DNA from: an uncultured bacterium
GTDB lineage: Bacteria > Chloroflexota > UBA5177 > JANWHV01
Assembly: GCA_963827235.1 (NCBI GenBank)
Contig: CAWHAE010000010.1
Coordinates: 512,001-576,000, forward strand
Direction of reading: 5' to 3'
DNA length: 64,000 bases
Part shown: piece after piece, positions 1 to 8,800 of the stretch
Layout: each line of letters opens with the position of its first letter
How positions within the stretch are numbered: the stretch's first letter is position 1
Notes under the pieces: generated by a model
Databases searched by the model: none
What the model saw: the letters and a program-made list of their open reading frames with translations, nothing else
Told to the model about the DNA's origin: nothing
Translations under genes and position numbers: made by a program

Positions 1-170
1 GGATCCTGGCCGATCAGATACTCGCCCAGCTCCTGCACTGCTGCCGCTACGGTGCGTGCTCTGCCCTCAACGATAGGCTCGCCCAGCCCGACGATTCCCT
101 CGTCGGTGTGCATCTTGAGAAAGTGCCAGCGCGGCTTGACGAATATGGACTCCAACCCGGTGATCTTCAT
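1..170 (-). CDS. dgoD: galactonate dehydratase (enolase superfamily), 5' part; runs off the window edge
   Basis: Manual translation from ATG at 170 gives [57 protein letters not shown], closely matching the DgoD N-terminus (PRW..LK..TDEG.VG.GEP..EGRARTV). Not in the ORF track. Confidence 0.85.
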   Translation of the reverse strand, partial: MKITGLESIFVKPRWHFLKMHTDEGIVGLGEPIVEGRARTVAAAVQELGEYLIGQD

Positions 171-191
171 GGCCGTCTTTCATTGCCCAAT

Positions 192-1274
192 CTACGTCAG
201 GTCTCTGAGAAGCCGCTCGAGTGTCGCGCAGGCCCAGCCGGAGCGAGCGGCCGTCGCGACGAGCTCGAGCACGAGCGATCGCGTCTCGCCGTCGAGCCGG
301 CGCGTGACGGCAGCGGCGAGTTTTCGAATCTCATCGGCGGACTCGCGTTGGTGTATCGTGGAGTCGAACTCGGGCGGCGCGGGCCGGGGCTCGTCGCGGC
401 CGGGCCAGCTTCGGGGCACCGGTTGTGGAACAAACGTCGTTTGTTCCGCCGATAAGAGCGGTGACTCAGCCCCGGCCGGCATGCTGCCTGTTGGGTCCAC
501 TGGCTCGACCACCGCCCGCCGGGCCGCCTTGCGGCGCGGATTGACCACGCCGGCCGCCGTGAGCCGGGCGCGCTCCGCCGACACGTCGCCGGACTGCACG
601 TGCTCGCCGGCAAGGACGCGGCTACGGAACGCCATCATTGCCTCATCCGGCAGCTTGCGGATGTCCCGCGCCGCCGTGGCAGAGATCTGCCGGCGGGCCA
701 CCGCGTCGGAGAGCACCTGGTCCGCGAGCAGGCGAAGCCGTTCTCGGACGTGCTGTGCGGAGACGTGGATGAGACTCGCCACGTCCGTCGCCCTGACATC
801 GCGCAAATCAATCAGCTCCTGATAAGCGCGTGCCTCGTCGAGCGGACTGAGATCCTGTCGCTGCAGGTTCTCCACGAGCTGGATCACGCGGGCGCGTGAC
901 GGCTCCTGTCCGGTCACCACGACGGGAACGAGCTTGAGGCCGGCCACTTCCGCCGCAGCGCGGCGCCGTCCGCCCGCCACCACGACGTAGCGCTGCCGAC
1001 CATCCGGCAACGTGCCGTCCTCGCGCACGACGAGCGGCTGCAGCACGCCGAACTCACCGATCGACGTTGCCAGCTCGCTCAAGCGCTGCTCGCCATCGTC
1101 GTAATCCCAGTCGCGGCGCGGCTGCTGGGGATCGGCGACTACCTGCTCGATCGGCACCTCGAGCGCGCCCGGCAGCCGCCGCTCAGTGGCACCCGCCACT
1201 GCCTGGTACATCACGCGCGGCTGTGAAGGGCGAACGACCGCGACCTCGGCAGAGCGCGACTTACGCGTGGACAC
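192..1274 (-). CDS. parB: ParB/RepB/Spo0J family partition protein with C-terminal extension
   Basis: DPQQPRR, SIGEFGVLQPLVV, VAGGRRRAAA (GxxR box), ENLQRQDLSPLDEARAY and a following HTH. GTG at 1274 overlaps the parA stop. Confidence 0.85.
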   Translation of the reverse strand: MSTRKSRSAEVAVVRPSQPRVMYQAVAGATERRLPGALEVPIEQVVADPQQPRRDWDYDDGEQRLSELATSIGEFGVLQPLVVREDGTLPDGRQRYVVVAGGRRRAAAEVAGLKLVPVVVTGQEPSRARVIQLVENLQRQDLSPLDEARAYQELIDLRDVRATDVASLIHVSAQHVRERLRLLADQVLSDAVARRQISATAARDIRKLPDEAMMAFRSRVLAGEHVQSGDVSAERARLTAAGVVNPRRKAARRAVVEPVDPTGSMPAGAESPLLSAEQTTFVPQPVPRSWPGRDEPRPAPPEFDSTIHQRESADEIRKLAAAVTRRLDGETRSLVLELVATAARSGWACATLERLLRDLT

Positions 1275-2055
1275 GCGCTGCTCCTTGCGCGAGCGACGGG
1301 ACGCCGATCGCGGCACAGACCCTTTCGGCGAGGGCGCGGTAGGCGGCCATTGCCGGCGCGCGGCCATCGGTCTGCGACAGCGGCAGTCGCCGGTTGAGCG
1401 CGCGCTTGATCGCCGAGGCATGTGGCACCGGATCGGCTACCAGATCGCCATAGGTGGTGCGGAGAGCGTCCAGGCCGCCGCGATCGGGCAGGTCCCGGTG
1501 GATCCCGTTCGGCAGGATCGCCAGCGCTTCCGCGCAAGGCAGATCTTCATCGCTCAGCTCCTCGATCGCGGACAGCGTGTCGACCAGCGCGTCGATGTCC
1601 TGTTGCGTGGTAGCGGTGGGCAGGACGGCCCAGCGAGCGGCCAGGAGCGCGCTGGAGAGGGCGAAGCCGAGTGCCGGCGGCGTATCCAGGAGAACCACGG
1701 CGTAGCCTGCCAGCGGCGTGAGCACGCGCCGCAGTCGCAGGAAACCGGCCGGCGAATCGGCGAGTGCCAGTGCCGCGGCCTCAATGGACCGATCGCCAGG
1801 CACCAGGTCGATGCCTGCGCCCGTCGAGTGGATGAGGTCGGCTACCGGCAGGCCGGGTGCGGCGATGCACGACCCGATACCGCGGTCGACGGGATCGCTG
1901 GTCAGCAGGCGCGTGAGCGATGCCTGCGGGTCCAGGTCCACGACGAGCGTGCGCAGTCCCGACTCGAGCAGCGCGCCGGCCAGGTTGAGCGTGGTAGTAC
2001 TCTTGCCGGAGCCTCCCTTGCGATTTACCAGGGCCACGATGCGTTCGCGTTTCAC
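1261..2055 (-). CDS. parA: ParA/Soj family ATPase
   Basis: Deviant Walker A NRKGGSGKST, DLDPQASLT, LLDTPP. GTG at 2055 preceded by GGAG. Confidence 0.9.
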   Translation of the reverse strand: MKRERIVALVNRKGGSGKSTTTLNLAGALLESGLRTLVVDLDPQASLTRLLTSDPVDRGIGSCIAAPGLPVADLIHSTGAGIDLVPGDRSIEAAALALADSPAGFLRLRRVLTPLAGYAVVLLDTPPALGFALSSALLAARWAVLPTATTQQDIDALVDTLSAIEELSDEDLPCAEALAILPNGIHRDLPDRGGLDALRTTYGDLVADPVPHASAIKRALNRRLPLSQTDGRAPAMAAYRALAERVCAAIGVPSLAQGAARVHA

Positions 2056-2375
2056 AGGTCCAACTCCAGCTTCAGCCGCCAGCAACCCAGCCGCCAAACA
2101 GTCGTTTGCTACGTATTCGGCCGGACCGACTCCAGGATGACTCGGATTCGGACGTTCCGGATCCCACTCCAGACGTCGACTCGCAGGATCGCCCGGAGAT
2201 CTCACCCGCGTGGTCGAGGCGCGCGAGCCCCACGCTCGCTAGTGTATGCGAGAAACCGCCTCCGCTGCCACGGCTTGGCGCACAGACTCGTGGCGAGTGC
2301 GACTTCAGCTTGCGACTGTGTTGCGTTGACTGTCCCGGCGCACGGCCGGCTGACGTAGAATAGACAGTCCACGAG

Positions 2376-2741
2376 ATGATCGTGCATCGAAAGGGGGCCA
2401 CGCCCGCCGCGGACGGTGTGCTGGGCATCATCCCGGGCTCGATGGGTGATCCCGGCTTCCTGGTCCGCGACCGCGGCGTGCAGGCATCGCTGAATTCGGC
2501 CTCGCACGGAGCGGGCCGGGCCATGAGCAGGCGCGCCGCACCGGACAGCCTGACCAGGGCGGCGCGCGACCGCTATCCGCGGACGCAGGGCATCACGCTG
2601 CTCGGCGGCGGCCTGGACGAGGCGCCGCAGGCCTACAAGCGTATTGAGGGCGTGATGGCGGCACAGGAGGACCTGGTCGAGGTCAGAGGCAGTTTCGCGC
2701 CCAAGCCCGTGCGCATGGCCGATGAGGCCGGCCAGTTCTAG
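2376..2741 (+). pseudogene. rtcB: C-terminal fragment of RtcB family RNA ligase
   Basis: HRKGAT, IIPGSMG, SASHGAGR and DEAPQAYK motifs, but only ~120 aa; the N-terminal metal-binding part is absent upstream. Confidence 0.8.
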
Positions 2742-2901
2742 GAGCATCGACTGTCACGGCGATCGTGGGCAGGTCGTGCACTATTCGATGGCCTTCACCT
2801 CGGCGGATGAATGCGGCACTCCCCGCGCGACCTCTGTAGCCGTCGGTACACTTCATGCCGGGTGTGAGCCGCCAGCGCGCGCTACTGCCCGGCAGCTCTA
2901 C

Positions 2902-3648
2902 CTAGATCAACCTGAGCAGCGGGCGGGTCAACACGGCCGGAACGACCAGAAAGCCGAGAAGAATGAGCGTCTGCGGTACGTCCCAGGGCAGTCCGAGCCA
3001 GGAGCTCTGGATCAGAGTGACCGCGTGCTTGAGCGGCAGGGCGTCGCCAAGGATGAGCATGGGCCATGATAGGAGCTCCAGCGGTGGACCGGTGCCCGAC
3101 ACGAGCATCATCACGAACCAGAGCAGCACGCCTGCTCCCTGCGCAGCCCGCGCGCTGGGCAGGGCAATGCCGAGGAACACGCCGATGGCAGCAAACGACA
3201 GGCCGCTGAGCACCACGGCGATTGCCACTCCGGCAGGGGCTGCCGGCCCGTTCACGTGGTACACGACGACCGCGCACAGGTCCATCAGCACGCTGGCCAC
3301 CAGTCCCACGGTCAACGTGAGCAGCACGTGTGCCCCGAATACGTTCCACAGCGGTATGGGCGAGGCGGCGAACCGGCGCATGACGCCGCGCTCGCGATAG
3401 CTTGCCAGGTGCACGGGCAGCCCGATCAGTCCCATGGACGCCGTGATCAAGGCGACGTAGGCGGGCACGTAGTATTGCATGGGCGTCAAACCGCGAAAGT
3501 ACGTGGGATCCGGCGTCCCATCGCCGAACACGCTGCCCAGCACGAAGAGCACGGCGAGCGGCACGGCGAAGGTGAAGACCACAGTCAGCGGCTCGCGCAC
3601 GAAGAGCTTCAGCTCGATCCATGTCGTCTTGTAGAGCGTGCGGATCAC
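2902..3648 (-). CDS. ABC-2 type exporter permease
   Basis: About six hydrophobic segments, YRERGVMRRF motif, overlaps the ATPase stop. Confidence 0.85.
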   Translation of the reverse strand: MIRTLYKTTWIELKLFVREPLTVVFTFAVPLAVLFVLGSVFGDGTPDPTYFRGLTPMQYYVPAYVALITASMGLIGLPVHLASYRERGVMRRFAASPIPLWNVFGAHVLLTLTVGLVASVLMDLCAVVVYHVNGPAAPAGVAIAVVLSGLSFAAIGVFLGIALPSARAAQGAGVLLWFVMMLVSGTGPPLELLSWPMLILGDALPLKHAVTLIQSSWLGLPWDVPQTLILLGFLVVPAVLTRPLLRLI

Positions 3649-4565
3649 TGGCCGGCTCCCAGCGACTCACCGGTCAAGGCGAGATACGCGTCCTCCAGGC
3701 TCGTGCGTTCCACCCGCAGGTCCGCCGGCTCGATGCCGCGTTCGAGCAGGGCGGCGGCCACGTGCTGCAGCACCGGGCCACATCCGCGCAGGAGCACCTC
3801 AGTGCCGCTTCTCGTCACCTCCCGCACGTAGGGCACAGCCTCGAGCCACTCTCCGATCGTCCCGTCCCAGGTGAAACGTACCCGGACGCCACCGGCATGC
3901 TCGGCGATCAGCGTCGCCGGCTCGCCCACCGCGACCACGCGACCGCGGCTCATCACGGCCACGCGATCGCACAGGCGCTCTGCTTCATCCATGAAATGCG
4001 TGACCAGCACGACCGTGGCTCCGCGGTCGCGCACGGCCTCGATCAAGGTCCAGGCGGTGCGCCGGGCTGCCGGGTCGAGACCCGCGGTCATCTCGTCGAG
4101 GAAAACCAGCTCGGGCCTGTTCACCAGGGCCAGTGCGATGAACAGACGCTGCCGCTGACCGCCGGAGAGACTGCCGAAGGAGGCGTTTCGCTTACCTGCC
4201 AGCCCCCATTCGTCGAGCAGTCCCTCGCGGTCGGCGCGCGCGGCACAGCGCGCCGCGAAGAGGTCTACGGCCTCCCAGACCTTGATGCGGTCAGGGAGGG
4301 CGGAGTCCTGAAGCTGGCTGCCGATGCGGCGGCGCAGACTCCGGCTCTGCGGACCGGGATCGAGACCCAGCACCCGCATCAAGCCGCTGTCCGCGCGCTG
4401 CAGTCCTTGCAGGCAGGTCACCGTGGTGCTCTTGCCGGCGCCGTTTGGGCCGAGCAAGCCGAAGACCTCGCCGGCCGCGACCTCGAACGAGACGCCGTCC
4501 ACTGCCGTGGTGCGGCCATACGCCTTGCACAGGTCGCGCACCTCGATCACCGGATCTTCAACCAT
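3645..4565 (-). CDS. ABC exporter ATP-binding subunit
   Basis: GPNGAGKST, LSGGQRQR, FLDEMTAGLDP, VTHFMDEAE. Start trimmed to ATG 4565. Confidence 0.9.
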   Translation of the reverse strand: MVEDPVIEVRDLCKAYGRTTAVDGVSFEVAAGEVFGLLGPNGAGKSTTVTCLQGLQRADSGLMRVLGLDPGPQSRSLRRRIGSQLQDSALPDRIKVWEAVDLFAARCAARADREGLLDEWGLAGKRNASFGSLSGGQRQRLFIALALVNRPELVFLDEMTAGLDPAARRTAWTLIEAVRDRGATVVLVTHFMDEAERLCDRVAVMSRGRVVAVGEPATLIAEHAGGVRVRFTWDGTIGEWLEAVPYVREVTRSGTEVLLRGCGPVLQHVAAALLERGIEPADLRVERTSLEDAYLALTGESLGAGQ

Positions 4566-4892
4566 AGCGCCGTCGCACCTACGTCCCATCTCGCGGGCGC
4601 CGGACGCTTCCCAGTAGCTGGGCCGGGCGCGTCCGACTGCCACGGTTCCGATCACTCGCTCGGCCCATTCAGGGGCAGCCTCTCGACAGCAGTATGCAAA
4701 CGCGAAGGTGTTGCTGCCAACTGGACTGCCGCCGGCGGCTCCCGCGCCGCACTCGCTCCACCGTTTTCGCGCACGCCGCCCGGCAGGCGGTAGACTGGAC
4801 GCAATTCGCCGAGATTCGAGACACGGTCGGCTCAGGCGAACAGACGATGCGGCACATTGAAGCACTCAAGATCAGACTGAAGGTTGGCGAGT

Positions 4893-5996
4893 ATGGCTGA
4901 TCAGGCGCGCATGCAAGACACCATGGCGGACCGCCCCACCTGGATGCCGCCTCCCGACTACCGGCGGTTGTTGACCACCCTGCGTCACCAGGAACCCGAC
5001 CGCGTGCCGATAGCCGAGCTGGGCATGGACCCGCCGATCAAGGAGAAACTGCTCGGCCGGCCGGTGTGTGGAGTCGACGATGACGTGGAGTTCTGGTATC
5101 GAGCCGGATACGACTACATCTACCTGCGGCCCGCGTACGAGTTTCCTGGCACCATGCTCGGTAACGTGACCACCGGCCAGCCGAAGTACGACCAGGCAGC
5201 CTCGTACGACGAGAAAAGCATGTCCATGACGGGCAGCGGGGTCATAGCTTCCATGGCCGATCTTGAGGGCTACGCGTGGCCCGATCCGGGATGCGACGCG
5301 TATTACGCTCCGCTTTCCGAGGCCGTACGCTGTCTGCCGGCCGGGATGGGACTGATCTCCGGTGTGGGCGGTATCTTCACTCGCGTGTGGATGCTCCTGG
5401 GTTTCGAGAGATTCTGCATCGCATTGAGCGAAGAGCCGGAGCTGGTCGCCGAGCTGTTCCGTCGCGTGGCGGCGATCCAGATAGCCGTGCTGAAGCGCGT
5501 GATCGCGCAACCCGGCCTGATTGCCGTCTGGTATGGGGACGACCTCGCCTACACCACGTCGCTGATGGTATCTCCGAGGGTCTATCGCAGGTATCTATTC
5601 CCTCACATCGAGGAGATGACCGCGATCGCCCATAACGCGGGAATGCCGTTCATGTTCCACACCGACGGCAGGCTGTGGGACGTGATTCCGGATCTGATCG
5701 CGCTCGGCGTGGACGCCCTCCATCCCATCGAGACCATGGCCATGGATATCACCGAGGTCAAGCGCATGTACGGCAAACAGCTTTCCCTGATCGGCAACAT
5801 CGATCCCAATACGCTGGGCCTGGGTACGCCCGAGCAGGTGCGCGCGGAGGTCCGCCGGCGAATCAAAGACCTGGCGCCCGGCGGCGGATATGCGCTGGGC
5901 GCCAGCCCGGGCATCGCCTACTACACGAGCATGGAGAACTACGAGGCGATGCGGCGATGTGCCTTCGAAGAAGGAGTCTATCCAATCAGGCTGTAG
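4893..5996 (+). CDS. uroporphyrinogen decarboxylase (URO-D)/MtaA-CmuA family protein
   Basis: EPDRVP, YGDDLA, FHTDG, LIGNID, APGGGY motifs. Start uncertain (4893/4911/4923). Confidence 0.8.
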   Translation: MADQARMQDTMADRPTWMPPPDYRRLLTTLRHQEPDRVPIAELGMDPPIKEKLLGRPVCGVDDDVEFWYRAGYDYIYLRPAYEFPGTMLGNVTTGQPKYDQAASYDEKSMSMTGSGVIASMADLEGYAWPDPGCDAYYAPLSEAVRCLPAGMGLISGVGGIFTRVWMLLGFERFCIALSEEPELVAELFRRVAAIQIAVLKRVIAQPGLIAVWYGDDLAYTTSLMVSPRVYRRYLFPHIEEMTAIAHNAGMPFMFHTDGRLWDVIPDLIALGVDALHPIETMAMDITEVKRMYGKQLSLIGNIDPNTLGLGTPEQVRAEVRRRIKDLAPGGGYALGASPGIAYYTSMENYEAMRRCAFEEGVYPIRL

Positions 5997-6024
5997 ACCG
6001 CTTGGCCGACGCCGCAGGTGGGCG

Positions 6025-6786
6025 TCAGGCCGTTGCCTGGCGGAATGAGCGCGCCGCCCACCACACGGCCAATGCAGCCATCACGGCCATGATTGCCAGG
6101 CCTTGCGCTACGACACTCTCGGCCACATGGCCGGCAAACAGGGCACGCGCGGCGTCCACCGCGTGGGAGAGCGGATTCACCTTGGCGACGTCCCGCAACC
6201 AGGCGGGCGCGAGAGACATCGGCAGCAGGATGCCAGACAGGAGCATCAGCGGCAGGGTGATGGAGTTGAGGATCGGCGCCAGAGCATCTTCGCTTCTCAC
6301 GGCGAGGGCGATGGCATAGGAGCAGGACACCATCACCAAACCGAGCAGCACCAGCAAGCCGAGCATCACCAACATGCCCAGGACGTGCACGGAAACGCCG
6401 AAGGGGAGCGCGGCGACCACCAGCAGCAGGGACTGCACGACCATGACCACGATGTCACGCAACGCGCGTCCAAGGAGCAGGGCCAATCGGCTCACAGGCG
6501 TTACGCGCAAGCGCTCGATCACACCCGCGCGAAGCTCGGCGATGAGGCCGAAGCCGACGAACGCGGTACCGAAGAGACCGAGCTGCACCAGCAGCCCGGG
6601 TATGAAGACGTTCAGGGCGCCGCCGCTCGGATAGCCCGGCGTTTTGGCCACGCTGTCCAGCAGGGGAGCGAAGAGCGTCAGGAACAAGATGGGCTGGGTC
6701 AGCCCGATGATCATCCACACGGGATTGCGCAAGGTGGTGATCATCTGGCGCGAGAAGAGCAGCCAGGTGTCGCGAAGCAGCTTCAT
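6025..6786 (-). CDS. ABC-2 permease (DrrB-like)
   Basis: MKLLRDTWLLF.., ELRAGVIERLRVTP, LSGILLP, NPLSHAVDAARALF. Confidence 0.85.
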   Translation of the reverse strand: MKLLRDTWLLFSRQMITTLRNPVWMIIGLTQPILFLTLFAPLLDSVAKTPGYPSGGALNVFIPGLLVQLGLFGTAFVGFGLIAELRAGVIERLRVTPVSRLALLLGRALRDIVVMVVQSLLLVVAALPFGVSVHVLGMLVMLGLLVLLGLVMVSCSYAIALAVRSEDALAPILNSITLPLMLLSGILLPMSLAPAWLRDVAKVNPLSHAVDAARALFAGHVAESVVAQGLAIMAVMAALAVWWAARSFRQATA

Positions 6787-6814
6787 CTTCTGAACCTCTT
6801 TCGTAGGCCGGCGG

Positions 6815-7780
6815 TCAGGCAGCCGTTTCGCGCAGCGAGTGGCCGGTCTGGCGCAGGAAGACATCGTCGAGCGAGGGGCGAGCCAGGGCGATGGTGCGGA
6901 GCACGATCTGTGCGCCGTCGAGCAGCCGGAGTATGGCCGGCAGCGCTTCGGCGCCGTGATCGACGTAGAGGCGCAGCTCGTCCTTGTCGACCTGGACCTC
7001 GCGCACGTAAGGCTCGGTGGCCAGGAGGTCGCGCGCTCGCTGCAGCGTGCCGCCTTGCGCATCCAGGCCGATGGACACCACGTCGCCGGCGATGCGGCGC
7101 TTGAGCGTGTCGGGCGTTCCTTCAGCCACGATGCGGCCGTCGTCGATGATGGCAAGCCGGTTGCAGAGCTGATCGGCCTCGTCGAGGTAATGGGTGGTGA
7201 GGAACACGGTGGCTCCCTGGTCGCGGAGCCGGCGCACAACATCCCAGAGCCTGGCCCGGTTCTGCGGATCCAGTCCGGTCGTCGGCTCGTCCAGGAACAG
7301 CAGTGGTGGCTGATGAACCAGGCCGAGGGCAACGTCGAGACGTCGTTTCTGGCCGCCGGAATAGGTGGCGGCCATGCGGTCGGCGAAAGAGTCCAGCTCG
7401 AGTGCCACCAGCAGATCCGCGGTACGGGCCATGGCGGCTGCCTTACTTTGCCCGTAGAGCCGGCCTTGCAGTACCAGGTTCTCGCGGCCGGTGGCCGTGA
7501 TATCTATACCGCCGCTTTGACTGACGTAGCCGATGCGCTCACGCACGCGGGCGGGCTCACGGAGCAGGTCGTGACCGGCGACGGTGGCTTCGCCGCCGCT
7601 TGGCGGCAGCAGGGTGGTGAGCATGCGCAGGCTGGTGGTCTTGCCGGCTCCATTGGGACCAAGAAAGCCGAAGATCTCACCCTGGTCGACCGCCAGGTCG
7701 ACGCCGCGCACGGCCTCGACTGCCCCGCGGCGGGAGGTGAACGTCTTGCGCAGGCCGTGGGTCTCAAGCATCTTGGACAC
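6815..7780 (-). CDS. DrrA-like ABC ATP-binding subunit
   Basis: GPNGAGKTT, YSGGQKRRLD, LDEPTTGLDP, TTHYLDEAD, PSLDDVF. Confidence 0.9.
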   Translation of the reverse strand: MSKMLETHGLRKTFTSRRGAVEAVRGVDLAVDQGEIFGFLGPNGAGKTTSLRMLTTLLPPSGGEATVAGHDLLREPARVRERIGYVSQSGGIDITATGRENLVLQGRLYGQSKAAAMARTADLLVALELDSFADRMAATYSGGQKRRLDVALGLVHQPPLLFLDEPTTGLDPQNRARLWDVVRRLRDQGATVFLTTHYLDEADQLCNRLAIIDDGRIVAEGTPDTLKRRIAGDVVSIGLDAQGGTLQRARDLLATEPYVREVQVDKDELRLYVDHGAEALPAILRLLDGAQIVLRTIALARPSLDDVFLRQTGHSLRETAA

Positions 7781-7818
7781 CCGAATCTCCTCCTCGTCGT
7801 TCGATCAAGACGGTCCGA

Positions 7819-7865
7819 TACTCAAGCTTGAGTAGAGAGCATGCTCTACTATAAAAGGTTGAATA
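7819..7865. promoter_or_regulatory. two PadR-type operator boxes upstream of the DrrA-like gene
   Basis: Perfect palindrome TACTCAAGCTTGAGTA (7819-7834) and degenerate copy TATAAAAGGTTGAATA (7850-7865). Confidence 0.6.
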
Positions 7866-7956
7866 CTCCGCGTCAATGCACTGAGGCGGGACATCCGTCG
7901 ACGTGTGCCAGATTACACAGTTTGCAGGCGTGCCCTGGCGCGGCCGTCATGGTGGC

Positions 7957-8502
7957 TCAGGGAAGGTCTCCGCGCTTCACTCGGTCCGTGGCTTCCTCGG
8001 CCCAGCGCAGCTCGGCCACATAGTGCTCGGTCACCAGCCGGAAGTTCTCCATGACATGACGCGGGATGCCGTTCTGCTCCATGCCGGATTGCTTATCCGC
8101 CATGATCCCGACAACCGTGCGTGCTACCGCCGCGCGGTGCTTGAGTGCTGCCAGCAGCTCATCGAGCGGCAGCTCGGACATGAAGGTCAGAGCCACCTGA
8201 AAGGGGTCGATTACCGGCTTCGGTTGCCACCAGAACTCGCGCAGGAGTCGCTGAAACTCTGCCTCGCCCTGCCGCGTGACCGCATAAACCGTGCGCGCTG
8301 GTCCCTTTCCGGACCGACTGCGCTCGACGGTCTGGACCAGGCCCTCCTTGGCCATCTTGTTGAGAGCATAGTAGATCGAGCCGTAGGCGATGTTTGCCCA
8401 TTGCTCGGCATTCCAGGATTCGAGCTCGCGGCGCACCTCGTAGCCGTGCGTCGGCTGCTTGATACGCAGCACGCCAAGGATCAGCAGTCGCGTCGCCGAC
8501 AT
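7957..8502 (-). CDS. PadR family transcriptional regulator
   Basis: RLLILGVL..PTHGYEVRREL..YGSIYYALNKM..GPARTVYAVT..G winged helix; GAGGGG RBS. Confidence 0.9.
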   Translation of the reverse strand: MSATRLLILGVLRIKQPTHGYEVRRELESWNAEQWANIAYGSIYYALNKMAKEGLVQTVERSRSGKGPARTVYAVTRQGEAEFQRLLREFWWQPKPVIDPFQVALTFMSELPLDELLAALKHRAAVARTVVGIMADKQSGMEQNGIPRHVMENFRLVTEHYVAELRWAEEATDRVKRGDLP

Positions 8503-8513
8503 ATCCCCTCGCA

Positions 8514-8529
8514 TATACAATCTTGTATA
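8514..8529. promoter_or_regulatory. PadR autoregulatory operator
   Basis: TATACAA-TC-TTGTATA palindrome just upstream of the padR start; same TAnnCAAnnTTGnnTA pattern as at 7819. Confidence 0.6.
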
Positions 8530-8800
8530 GTGTAGCAGGGAACGACGTGCGAATGGGACCGGCCGGTCATCCTCAACGAGGTCCGTCTTGCGCTTGCTCC
8601 GCGGCTGCTGGACAGATTCGTGCAACGTCGCGGGCAACGGGGCTGCAGTGTGCGATAATCATCCACATCGGCGTCGATGGCAACCAGCACGGTCGCGCGG
8701 GACGATGTGGATGGTCCCTGGGTCATGCGGAAGCGTCGTCACCCGGTGCCCCGCAAGCTTCTCCGCGCTGTTGTGCCAAGGGCCGAGTGGAGGTGGCACC

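Noticed and set aside
2048-2060. Canonical parS
   Set aside because: Only a GTTTCAC half-site, overlapping the parA start codon; the second half is missing.
2376-2741. Functional RNA-repair or defence system
   Set aside because: RtcB is truncated, with no rtcA/rtcR, Ro or archease partner nearby.
4570-4800. Cobalamin riboswitch (ACTGGGAAG on the minus strand)
   Set aside because: Only an isolated fragment of the B12 box; the other conserved segments are missing.
8655-8720. SAM-I riboswitch
   Set aside because: GGCAACC is present, but the P2 kink-turn and GGUGC.AA elements are not.
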